Source: Gammaproteobacteria bacterium (GTDB taxonomy: Bacteria > Pseudomonadota > Gammaproteobacteria > Steroidobacterales > JABDKV01). From it: 64,000 nucleotides of DNA. Location: NCBI GenBank assembly GCA_013003425.1, contig JABDJB010000006.1:8248-72247 (forward strand). The letters are read 5' to 3'. How positions within the stretch are numbered: the stretch's first letter is position 1; every line of letters starts with the position of its first letter. The position numbers were made by a program, and so were the translations under genes. The notes beneath the pieces were generated by a model. That model searched no databases, was not told where the DNA came from, and was given only the letters and a program-made list of their open reading frames with translations. Below are positions 27,984-36,678 of this stretch, one piece after another.

Positions 27984-29011
27984 CCGTCCAGCTGTAGCGC
28001 CGGGTGCGCGTCTATCAGGTCGCGTGCGCGTTGCCAGCGCCCCGAGTATTTCAGTTTTTCCCAGGTAATCCGGTGACGCCGGTGCAGGCTGGCCATACGG
28101 GCCTGTGCGGCCGGATTGTGCGTATCGATCCGGTCAACAACCGATTCCACTGCCGCACGATCGTTGCATATCAGAACCACATCACAGCCGGCATCGAGCG
28201 CCTTGTTGACCCGCCGTCGCATGCTGCCGGCATCGGCGGCACCGGCCATGGACAAGTCGTCGGAGAACACCGCGCCACGAAAGCCAAGGCGGCCGCGCAA
28301 CTCGTCCCGGATCCAGCGCCGGGAAAACGACGCCGGAACCTCGTCAACGACGGGATAGGCGACCAGCGCCATCATCACCGCATCGAGACCATTGGCAATC
28401 AGCAGCTCATAGGGTCGCATGTCGGCCTGCAAATCCACCAGGCTGCGCTCATCGACCGGCAACATCAGGTGTGAGTCGCCTGCCACGCCTCCATGCCCGG
28501 GAAAGTGCTTGGCGGTAGCCGCCATGCCGGCGTCATGCATTCCGCTGATATACGCGCTGCCCAGCTCTGCAACTGTGTGCGCGTCATGATGAAATGCGCG
28601 ATCGCCGATCACGGCGCAAAGCTCGTGATCGATATCGACAACTGGCGCAAAGGACAGGTCAACGCCGCTGGCTATCAGTTCCGCTGCCATCAGCCAGCCC
28701 GTGCTGCGTGCCAGCCGGGCAGCCGCGTCCTGGTCGACATCGTGATGCCGCCCGATACGAGCCGCTGAAGGCAGGCGGGTAAACGGATTGCCGAACCGCT
28801 GCACCCTGCCGCCCTCCTGGTCGACCGCGATCAGCAGTGGCGGCTTGCGTACAGCGTGAATCTGTTCGGTCAGATGCTGCAGTTGCTGCAGTGATTCGAA
28901 ATTGCGCTTGAACAGGATTACCCCGCCAATTGCCGGGCGCTGCAACAACTCCACGTCTTCCGGGCTCAGTTCGAGCCCGGCCACGTCGACCATCAGCGGC
29001 CCGAGCGTCAC
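27980..29011 (-). CDS. nagZ: beta-N-acetylhexosaminidase NagZ
   Basis: 343 aa with a GTG start. GH3 motifs GGVILF, IAVDQEGGRVQRF and KHFPGHG. Confidence 0.9.
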   Translation of the reverse strand: MTLGPLMVDVAGLELSPEDVELLQRPAIGGVILFKRNFESLQQLQHLTEQIHAVRKPPLLIAVDQEGGRVQRFGNPFTRLPSAARIGRHHDVDQDAAARLARSTGWLMAAELIASGVDLSFAPVVDIDHELCAVIGDRAFHHDAHTVAELGSAYISGMHDAGMAATAKHFPGHGGVAGDSHLMLPVDERSLVDLQADMRPYELLIANGLDAVMMALVAYPVVDEVPASFSRRWIRDELRGRLGFRGAVFSDDLSMAGAADAGSMRRRVNKALDAGCDVVLICNDRAAVESVVDRIDTHNPAAQARMASLHRRHRITWEKLKYSGRWQRARDLIDAHPALQLDG

Positions 29012-29511
29012 AGTCCGGCCGGGCCTGCGACTATATTGACCGGTGTACCGGCCGGCACCCGGTCAAACAGATCAATGACGTCATCATTGTGCATGCGGAC
29101 ACAGCCATGCGACCCGGCGACACCTACCGGCACCGCATCCGGCGTGCCGTGGATGTAGATGTAGCGGCGCATCGTGTCGACTTCACCGAGCCGGTTACGC
29201 CCCGGCTCGGCGCCACTCAGCCACAGTATCCGGCTGAGTATCCAGTCCCGTTCGGGAAACTCGCACAACATGTCGCGGCTGAAGACCTCACCGGTCGGGC
29301 GCCGCGCGACAAATATGGTTCCCGCCGGCTGGTCCGCACCGATGCGCGCCCTGACAATGTGCCGACCCAGCGGTGTGCATTCGCTGCCGTTGCGCTGCCC
29401 GGCACCGTTCCGCGCCGTTGACACTGCGTACACCCGCAGCAGTTCGCCGCCTTGCAGCAGGTACAGGCGCTGATCCTCCAGGCTGATCTCTATGCGTACC
29501 GCAGGTTTCAT
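29008..29511 (-). CDS. YkuD (L,D-transpeptidase catalytic) domain protein without a recognisable signal peptide
   Basis: Active-site block YIYIHGTP...GSHGCVRM. I chose the ATG at 29511, which overlaps the rlmD TGA as ATGA. Its own stop overlaps the nagZ GTG as GTGA. Confidence 0.75.
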   Translation of the reverse strand: MKPAVRIEISLEDQRLYLLQGGELLRVYAVSTARNGAGQRNGSECTPLGRHIVRARIGADQPAGTIFVARRPTGEVFSRDMLCEFPERDWILSRILWLSGAEPGRNRLGEVDTMRRYIYIHGTPDAVPVGVAGSHGCVRMHNDDVIDLFDRVPAGTPVNIVAGPAGL

Positions 29512-30857
29512 GCCACACGCTCGAACAGGGCCAGTGATTCCACATGCGCAGTATGCGGAAACATGTCCATCACGCCAGCCGCCTGCAGCCGGTAGCGCCC
29601 GCTGGCAGCCAGGATGCCGGCGTCTCGTGCCAGCGTGGCCGGATGACAGGACACATAGGCCAGGCGCCGTGCGTTGAACCGCTGCGCAACGGAACACACG
29701 GCTTCTGCACCGCTGCGCGGCGGATCGAGCAAAACCAGGTCGTACTCGCGCTCCAGCAGCGCCGATCCGGCCGGATCTGCGGCCAGGTCAGCAGTATGGA
29801 AGCTGGCATTATCGATGCCGTTGCGGCGGGCATTGTCTGCGGCTCGTGCAACCAGCGCGGCGGCACCCTCGACAGCAGTTACCGAGCCGGCCCGGCGCGC
29901 CAGCGGCAGGGTGAAATTTCCCAGTCCCGAGTAGAGATCCAGAACATTGTCGGCCGGACCCGGTGCCAGGAAGTCGACCACCCGGTCGATCATTGCGGCA
30001 TTGATAGCGGCATTGATCTGAATAAAATCCACTGCCTGAAATTCAATTTCGACATCATGTGACGCCAGGCGGAAATGCATTGGCGGCGGCCGGTCTCCTT
30101 GCAGCGTGACAATGCTGTCAAGGTTGCCCGGCTGGAGGCAAAGGTCGATGGCGTAGTCTTTCTCGAATTCATGCAGCAGCTGCATGTCTTCGTCTGATGG
30201 TGGATCGAGCACGCGCATCACAAGCACGACGCGATCGTCTCCTGCCGCCATCTCAACCTGCGGCAGACGTCGCCGTATCGACATCCCCGCAACCAGTTGC
30301 TGAATCGGCTCGATCAGCACAGCAAGCCTGCGGTCGAGCACTTCGCAACCCTGCATGTCGGTAACGTAAGGCTTGTAACGTTCGCGAAAGCCGGCCAGCA
30401 CGCGCTGTTTACCGTCCACATATTTCACACCAAGGCGTGCTTTGCGCCGGTAGCCCCAAACCGGACCGGCCAGCGGCTCGAGAACCTCAGCAGGCTCGAT
30501 TTCGCCAATGCGACGCAAGGATTCGAGCAACCACTCCTGCTTCACTGCCAGCTGCGCGCTGGCGTCAAGATGTTGCAGTGAACAACCGCCACAGCTGCCA
30601 AACCACGCGCAGGCCGGGCTCACCCGCTGCGGCGATGGCGAAATAATTTCGGCGGCACGTGCTTCATCGCGCTTTCGCCGCCTGCGCACAACCGTCGCAC
30701 TCACCGTCTCCTGCGGCAGCGCGTCTGCAACAAACACCACCTTGCCGTTGTGACGAGCAATTCCCCGGCCGTCATGGGTGAGGCCGTCAATGAATAACTC
30801 GACGGTATCGCCACGTTTTAGCGCTTTGGCTTGCCCTGATGTCGCTGCTAAGTCCAT
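29508..30857 (-). CDS. rlmD: 23S rRNA (uracil1939-C5)-methyltransferase RlmD (RumA)
   Basis: I chose the internal start MDLATSGQAKALKRGD at 30857 (449 aa). TRAM domain, Fe-S Cys cluster (CAWFGSCGGCSLQH) and a SAM-dependent methyltransferase C-terminus. Confidence 0.85.
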   Translation of the reverse strand: MDLAATSGQAKALKRGDTVELFIDGLTHDGRGIARHNGKVVFVADALPQETVSATVVRRRRKRDEARAAEIISPSPQRVSPACAWFGSCGGCSLQHLDASAQLAVKQEWLLESLRRIGEIEPAEVLEPLAGPVWGYRRKARLGVKYVDGKQRVLAGFRERYKPYVTDMQGCEVLDRRLAVLIEPIQQLVAGMSIRRRLPQVEMAAGDDRVVLVMRVLDPPSDEDMQLLHEFEKDYAIDLCLQPGNLDSIVTLQGDRPPPMHFRLASHDVEIEFQAVDFIQINAAINAAMIDRVVDFLAPGPADNVLDLYSGLGNFTLPLARRAGSVTAVEGAAALVARAADNARRNGIDNASFHTADLAADPAGSALLEREYDLVLLDPPRSGAEAVCSVAQRFNARRLAYVSCHPATLARDAGILAASGRYRLQAAGVMDMFPHTAHVESLALFERVA

Positions 30858-30919
30858 GAGCGGTATTCTACAGGCCTGGCCGTTTTGACGCCCATGCCCG
30901 CAGACCGCAACATGGACAG

Positions 30920-32803
30920 ATGGGCGCTGACGGCAAAAACGGCAAACCGGGCATGAAGACGTCCGCAGACGTACCCCGAAAGGTTGCCTCGGAGCTGCAC
31001 GCCGGCCTGCTCGCCAATCTTTCTCACGAGCTGCGCACGCCGATGGACGCCATACTTGGCTATGTCGAGCTGCTGGCGGAAACGGTGCTGACCGGCACGC
31101 AGCAGACCTACATCGCGGCGATAGAAAGCTCGGCACAAGGACTGCTGGATATCATGAACGATGTCCTGAACCTGGCGCGCCTGGAAGCCGGTAAGCTGGT
31201 CATCCACAACCAGCCCTTCTCTGTGCGCGATTGCATCGACAGCGTGTCACAGATGCTGGCACCCTCGGCCTACAGCAAGAAACTCGACTTCATTCGCCTG
31301 GTTGACCAGGACGTACCGGTCAACCTGGTTGGCGATCCGCTGCGGATCCGCCAGATACTTGTAAATCTTGTTGGCAATGCCATCAAATTTACCAACACCG
31401 GCCAGGTGCGTTTACGGGCCTCTGCCCATCCGTACGACGGCCAGCGCTTCGAGCTGATATTACGCATCACCGACACCGGCATCGGCCTGTCGCCGGCTGA
31501 CATTGACAGGCTCTTCGAACCGTTCTCACGCCTGGCGACACCAAACAGCGATGTCAGCGGTACCGGTCTGGGGCTGGTCATAACGCGTGCGTTGTGTACA
31601 GCGATGAACGGCAGTATTGCAGTACACAGCACGCCGGCCGACGGCAGCACCTTTTGTGTGCGAATTCCACTGCAGCCAGCTGAGGAATTAACGACTACCG
31701 CTGCGAGATCCAATCTGCTGGAGCATCGTGCTGTAGTCGTTGTTGCAACTGATATTGAGCTGGCTAACGCCATTGCATGCAGCCTTCAGGGCGACGGGGC
31801 CTCAACGCGTATAGTCTCGAGCCTGCCTGCGCTGCGCGAATCGCTCGACACGACGCGGCCTGTTTACGATGCGGCTCTGCTGGTTGTCAATTCAGACGGC
31901 GTGCAGAGTCCGCAGCAGCTTGCAACCGATTGGCAGGCACTGCGTGGCCACCTCCCGGTGCTTTGCCTGGCCAGCACGGGCTCCGGACACAAGCTGAAAG
32001 AACTGGCGCAAATGTTTGCTGGCGACTGCCTGCCGGTGCACAGCTCGATGCGATCGATTTCGCAGCGACTCGCAACGATGCTGCAACAACCCTTCACGAG
32101 TACCGCAGAGCCGGCCCGGTCGGAATTGCAGCTGGCCGGCTTGCGTTTGCTGGTGGCCGAAGACAACCGCTTCGGACGCGTCTACCTGCAGACATTGCTA
32201 CAGCACCATGGCGCAAAGGTCGACGCCTGTGCGGACGGCAATGCTGCCTGCGAGCTGCTCGAAACGGGCACATACGACCTGGTCCTGATGGACATGCGTA
32301 TGCCGGGCTGCGATGGCGCCGCGGCAATGCAGCGCATTCAGCGGACCTGGCGCGGTACGCCACCGATTATTGGATTGACCGCCGCTGCGGATGAGCGTGA
32401 ACGGGCGCTGGCTGCGGGTATGACCGACTGCCTGGTGAAACCGATACGTCCCGCGGTACTGCTGCAATACCTGCAGCAGCGCCGACCGGAAAAGCCTGCG
32501 CCAGAAACGACCGTTGTTCGCGACTTCATCGATGCGGAAATGCGCACGGAACTGCAGGCTGAATTGCCACGTTACGCGAGTGTGCTACATCAGGCTCTCG
32601 CCGAAACTGACCTGCCCGCCGCCCTGGAACCGGCGCACAAGATCAACGGTATCGGCGCGTTGTGCGGCTTCGACGAACTGCGCCGGATCGCCGCCGCCAT
32701 CGAAGGCAGGCTACAGCGGCAGCAAACAGAAGGGCTGGATGAACTGTGCCGTGAACTGCAGCATGAAATTGAGCAGCTGCTGGCCAGCCTCGCTGACCTT
32801 TGA
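30920..32803 (+). CDS. soluble hybrid histidine kinase (HisKA-HATPase, degenerate receiver-like linker, REC, HPt), BarA/GacS-like but lacking TM and HAMP
   Basis: 627 aa. H-box LSHELRTPM about 35 aa from the N-terminus, G-boxes DTGIGL and GTGLGL, REC DLVLMDMRMPGCDG...KP, and HPt AHKINGIGALCG. Confidence 0.85.
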   Translation: MGADGKNGKPGMKTSADVPRKVASELHAGLLANLSHELRTPMDAILGYVELLAETVLTGTQQTYIAAIESSAQGLLDIMNDVLNLARLEAGKLVIHNQPFSVRDCIDSVSQMLAPSAYSKKLDFIRLVDQDVPVNLVGDPLRIRQILVNLVGNAIKFTNTGQVRLRASAHPYDGQRFELILRITDTGIGLSPADIDRLFEPFSRLATPNSDVSGTGLGLVITRALCTAMNGSIAVHSTPADGSTFCVRIPLQPAEELTTTAARSNLLEHRAVVVVATDIELANAIACSLQGDGASTRIVSSLPALRESLDTTRPVYDAALLVVNSDGVQSPQQLATDWQALRGHLPVLCLASTGSGHKLKELAQMFAGDCLPVHSSMRSISQRLATMLQQPFTSTAEPARSELQLAGLRLLVAEDNRFGRVYLQTLLQHHGAKVDACADGNAACELLETGTYDLVLMDMRMPGCDGAAAMQRIQRTWRGTPPIIGLTAAADERERALAAGMTDCLVKPIRPAVLLQYLQQRRPEKPAPETTVVRDFIDAEMRTELQAELPRYASVLHQALAETDLPAALEPAHKINGIGALCGFDELRRIAAAIEGRLQRQQTEGLDELCRELQHEIEQLLASLADL

Positions 32804-32804
32804 A

Positions 32805-33185
32805 TCAACGCCGTTCCAGCACCGCAAAAGCCATTGCGAAACCGGCTTCATCTGACAGCGACACATAGCCCGCCCCGGCACCGAGCTGCTCACACAACTG
32901 CTCGCCACGCGCAGAAAAAATGACTTCGGGACGGCCCCAGTCGTTGTGCAACACGCCGATATCGCGTATCCAGACGCCGTGCCCGAAACCGGTTCCCAGC
33001 GCCTTGACGATTGCCTCCTTGGCGGCAAATCGCATAGCCAGAAAACGTATCTTGCGCTTTCTGGAGGCAAACTCAGCAATTTCCTGCGGCATCAGGAGAC
33101 GATTGACAAACTTCTCGCCAAACCGTGCATACACTGCTTCAACCCGGTCGATCCTGACCATGTCGGTGCCGATTCCGAAAATCAC
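32805..33185 (-). CDS. acpS: holo-ACP synthase
   Basis: 126 aa, MIFGIGTDMVRIDRV N-terminus. Confidence 0.9.
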   Translation of the reverse strand: MIFGIGTDMVRIDRVEAVYARFGEKFVNRLLMPQEIAEFASRKRKIRFLAMRFAAKEAIVKALGTGFGHGVWIRDIGVLHNDWGRPEVIFSARGEQLCEQLGAGAGYVSLSDEAGFAMAFAVLERR

Positions 33186-33904
33186 TGTAACGACCTGCGC
33201 ATCGCCCGGGCAACGCGCCGCACCTGCAGCGGCCGCGGGCCAAGGTGCTGCTCAAGCGCCAGTTGCAGCAGTATCCTGACATCTCCAAGCACGGCATCGT
33301 CATCCAGCCGCTCGGCCGCGAGCGCGAGCAGCGAATGACCGGCAAAAACCGGTCCATGCTCGTGCACCGGGTCAGTTGTCACGATGCCCTGCTCGACGCG
33401 GTAACTGTAGCTGCCATCGCCAACGACTGACTCCCCGGCTGCTGTGCGTTGAAGCTGCAGCCCGTAGCCCAGTTCGTCGAGCAATCGCTTTTCAAACAGG
33501 CGCAGCACGCGCGCCTCCGAGTCGCTGTGCACGAGCCCCTGCAGACCGGCGGCATAGCAGGCAAACAACCCCGGATGAGCATCGTGTCGCCGGGTCAAAC
33601 GCACGACCAGTTCATTCATGTAATAGCCGCTATTCGCATGTTGCGGCGGCAGCGCGGGCAGGCCCGTAACTGCTTCGCACGCCGTCAGCGTGCCCAGGTC
33701 ACCGCGAGCAGTCCATGACACCAGCAGGGGCTGGAACGGTTGCAGCACCGCACGCAAGCGCGCGCGTGGCCGCCGTGCCCCGCGCGCAACCAGCCCGATC
33801 CGGCCATGATCACGCGTAACGAGTTCGACAATCTGGCTGCTGTCACGATATGGCCGCTGGTGCAACAGGTAAGCTGGCTGCAGGTTCACTCGTTGACGTT
33901 GCAT
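33182..33904 (-). CDS. recO: DNA repair protein RecO
   Basis: 240 aa. AYLLHQRPYRDSSQIVELVT N-terminus, in the era-recO order. Confidence 0.9.
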   Translation of the reverse strand: MQRQRVNLQPAYLLHQRPYRDSSQIVELVTRDHGRIGLVARGARRPRARLRAVLQPFQPLLVSWTARGDLGTLTACEAVTGLPALPPQHANSGYYMNELVVRLTRRHDAHPGLFACYAAGLQGLVHSDSEARVLRLFEKRLLDELGYGLQLQRTAAGESVVGDGSYSYRVEQGIVTTDPVHEHGPVFAGHSLLALAAERLDDDAVLGDVRILLQLALEQHLGPRPLQVRRVARAMRRSLQ

Positions 33905-33907
33905 GGC

Positions 33908-34804
33908 TCAGTTATCGTAACCAAATCGTTGCAGGTCTGCCGCGTCATCCGACCAGTTGTTGCGGACCTTCACCCACAATTTCAAATTTACCTTCCTGCC
34001 GGCCCGCTGCTCGAGCTCGACCCGTGCTGCGCTGCCAATTCCTTTCAGCATTGATCCCTGCCGGCCGATAACAATCGCCTTGTGTGCAGAACGCTCGACC
34101 CAGATTATCGCGTTGATATGCAGCAGATCCGGTTGCATTTCATAGCTTTCGATTCCCACCTGCACACCATAGGGCAACTCCTGCTGCAAGCGCAGTAGCA
34201 GCTGTTCACGGATAATTTCAGCAGCGTGAAACTGCTCGTCCCTGTCGGTCGTCTGCTCCGGCGGATATAGCGGCGGCCCGGCTGGCAGCAGTCCGGCAAT
34301 AACCTCCTGCAGGCGGTCAAGGCTGGTGCCCTGCTTTGCCGACACCGGGACTATTGCTGCAAAATCCATGCGCTGCGCCAGCGCGTCTATCTGTGGCAGC
34401 AGGTTCTCCCGCGGTTTTACAAGGTCGATCTTGTTTGCGACGGCGATGACCGGGGCCTGAAGCGAACGCAGGTGCTCAAGCAGGTCATTATCCTCGTGTG
34501 TCCAGCGAAAAGCCTCGACCACAAACAGGACCACATCCCCTTCGCTCAGCGTCTGCACCGCCGTACGGTTCATCACCCGGTTAAGCGCCCGCCCGGCGGC
34601 ACGATGCAGCCCCGGCGTATCGATAAAAATCAGCTGGGAATCTTCGGTGGTTCTGATACCGGCCTGGCGGTAACGGGTTGTCTGCGGCTTGTGGGTGACG
34701 ATGCTGAGTTTCTGTCCGACCAGCGCATTGAGCAGTGTCGACTTGCCGACATTGCTGCGCCCGGCAAGACTGACAAAACCACAACGAAAATTCTCAGCCG
34801 TCAC
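33908..34804 (-). CDS. era: GTPase Era
   Basis: 298 aa. G1 GRSNVGKST, G3 DTPG, G4 NKID and a KH domain. Confidence 0.95.
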   Translation of the reverse strand: MTAENFRCGFVSLAGRSNVGKSTLLNALVGQKLSIVTHKPQTTRYRQAGIRTTEDSQLIFIDTPGLHRAAGRALNRVMNRTAVQTLSEGDVVLFVVEAFRWTHEDNDLLEHLRSLQAPVIAVANKIDLVKPRENLLPQIDALAQRMDFAAIVPVSAKQGTSLDRLQEVIAGLLPAGPPLYPPEQTTDRDEQFHAAEIIREQLLLRLQQELPYGVQVGIESYEMQPDLLHINAIIWVERSAHKAIVIGRQGSMLKGIGSAARVELEQRAGRKVNLKLWVKVRNNWSDDAADLQRFGYDN

Positions 34805-35477
34805 TGGCAGCCTCGATCAATTCCAGCAGCGCCTGCGCCGCCCGCTGCTCCGCCCGCCGGCGGCTGCTGCCCTGTCCGCTTGCCTGCAGCGCGAGAGCAT
34901 CTACTTCGCAAACAACTTCGAATTTCTGTTCGTGAGCCCGGCCACTTACCGATGCAATGCGATAGTCGGGCCTTGCCTCGCCGCGCCCCTGCAGGTACTC
35001 CTGCAGCCTCGTCTTCGGGTCACGCAGTTGCGCCGGATCGGGCAGGCTGCTCAATCGCTCGGCATAAAGTGACAATACAACGCGACGCGACGCGTCATAG
35101 CCGCCATCGAGATAAATTGCGCCAAGCAGGGCCTCCAGGGTGTCAGCAAGGACTGAACTGCGACGAAAGCCGCCGCTGCGCAGCTCGCCGGTTCCCATCT
35201 CCAGATAGTCTCCAAGCTCCAGCAGTCCGGCGATGAATGCCAGTGTGTCGCGCCGGACCAGACTTGCCCGCAGCCGGCTCAGGTCGCCTTCGCTGGCATC
35301 GGGACAGCGCTGGTAGAGCTGCTCGGCGATAACCAGATCCAGCAGGGCATCGCCGAGAAACTCGAGCCGCTCATTGTGAGCACCGGCAGCGCTGCGGTGA
35401 GTCAGAGCGGCGCGGGCAAGACCGGTATCGGAAAAGTCGTAGTCCAGACGCGCCAGCAGCTGCGCCAGCGGCCTCAA
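34794..35477 (-). CDS. rnc: ribonuclease III
   Basis: 227 aa. Signature NERLEFLGDALL and a dsRBD C-terminus. Confidence 0.95.
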   Translation of the reverse strand: MRPLAQLLARLDYDFSDTGLARAALTHRSAAGAHNERLEFLGDALLDLVIAEQLYQRCPDASEGDLSRLRASLVRRDTLAFIAGLLELGDYLEMGTGELRSGGFRRSSVLADTLEALLGAIYLDGGYDASRRVVLSLYAERLSSLPDPAQLRDPKTRLQEYLQGRGEARPDYRIASVSGRAHEQKFEVVCEVDALALQASGQGSSRRRAEQRAAQALLELIEAASDG

Positions 35478-35839
35478 CGTTTTATCTCTACCTTCCTGTC
35501 GACGGTAACGAACAGGCCCACGTCACCTATAAACGGCGCCTTGTGCTCGTAGTAGATGTGCACTTCGTAGCCGTTTTTTATTGCTGTAACTTCGAAGTCG
35601 GTATGACGAATCACGCTGATATCCTTGACCTGCATCTTTGTTTTTATTGCATTACGCAAGGTGGTACCAGACACCCGGTTGCCATCAAACTCCTCTTCCA
35701 GAGCAGTGAGCAGCGAGATCACCTCGAGCTTCTCTGCATAAATCGGTATCAATCGCATCCCTGCGAGGGCGAAAACACCGATCACCGCGAGAATGATGAC
35801 CCACCCGACCAAAGTTACGCCTGTTTGCTTGTGCCGCAT
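35474..35839 (-). CDS. DUF4845-like small membrane protein
   Basis: I chose the ATG at 35839, preceded by the lepB TAA, AGGAG and 7 nt. One TM (VTLVGWVIILAVIGVFALAG). Sits in the conserved lepB-rnc position. Confidence 0.65.
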   Translation of the reverse strand: MRHKQTGVTLVGWVIILAVIGVFALAGMRLIPIYAEKLEVISLLTALEEEFDGNRVSGTTLRNAIKTKMQVKDISVIRHTDFEVTAIKNGYEVHIYYEHKAPFIGDVGLFVTVDRKVEIKR

Positions 35840-35852
35840 GCTCTTGCTCCTG

Positions 35853-36644
35853 TTAGATGATCTGGTCGCCGACACGGTTCCAGATTGGTGCTGCGTGCGG
35901 CAGGTTCCAGTTCATCCAGATCCGTACCGCCTTACCGACCAGTTTACTCTCGGGTATAAAGCCGACCCCGGGATAACGGCTGTCGTGACTGTTGTCGCGA
36001 TTATCGCCCATCAGGAAGTAGTGGCCTTCGGGTACCACGAACACTCCTTCCTTGCCGTTGCGGCCCGGGCTTAGCAGGATGTCGTGCCGGATGCCGTTCA
36101 ATTCCTCGTGTACGACGCGCGGCCGATAGCGGCCGGACGGCAGGTTATTGCCTGGCCCGTCGTACACACCGTTTACTTCGCTCGGTATGCGCTCGCCGTT
36201 TACGAACAGTTGCTTGTTCCGATACTCGACCTTGTCACCGGGCAGTCCGACCACCCGCTTGATGAAATTGGTGCCCGGATCAGTCGGCAGGCGAAATACC
36301 ACAACATCACCGCGGTCCGGGTCGCTGAACTTCACCAACCGGGTATTGGACACCGGCAGACGCAGTCCGTAGGTGTACTTGTTGACGAAGATAAAGTCGC
36401 CATCGAGCAGGGTCGGCATCATCGAATCCGACGGAATCCGGAATGGTTCGAACAAAAACGAGCGAATAACCAGGACAATGAGGATGATCGGGAAGAAGCT
36501 GCGTGCGTATTCCACCACCACAGGCTCGGGCGCGGTATTGTCGACCGTGCCGGCCAGGCGCCGGGCACGAAAAAACAGGTGGTCGACACCCCAGATCAGG
36601 CCCGTCAGCAAGGCCAGTCCGACTAAAACCAGTTCAATAAACAT
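35853..36644 (-). CDS. lepB: signal peptidase I
   Basis: 263 aa. Catalytic Ser block IPSDSMMPTL plus GDNRDNSHDSR. Confidence 0.95.
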   Translation of the reverse strand: MFIELVLVGLALLTGLIWGVDHLFFRARRLAGTVDNTAPEPVVVEYARSFFPIILIVLVIRSFLFEPFRIPSDSMMPTLLDGDFIFVNKYTYGLRLPVSNTRLVKFSDPDRGDVVVFRLPTDPGTNFIKRVVGLPGDKVEYRNKQLFVNGERIPSEVNGVYDGPGNNLPSGRYRPRVVHEELNGIRHDILLSPGRNGKEGVFVVPEGHYFLMGDNRDNSHDSRYPGVGFIPESKLVGKAVRIWMNWNLPHAAPIWNRVGDQII

Positions 36645-36678
36645 TACTAAAAACCGCTCCTAAGCTTTTGAGTATTCT

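Noticed and set aside
30858-31136. N-terminal extensions offered by the ORF track for rlmD (to 31136), the YkuD gene (to 29697), kdsA (to 58366), exbB (to 18038), msbA (to 16784), the first LolC/E permease (to 23448), the DUF1674 gene (to 45747) and the DUF4845 gene (to 35875)
   Set aside because: The extensions are Arg/Cys/Pro-rich and non-homologous, and they overlap the upstream gene or a divergent promoter. In each case an internal start aligns with the family N-terminus and has an SD or a stop-start overlap.
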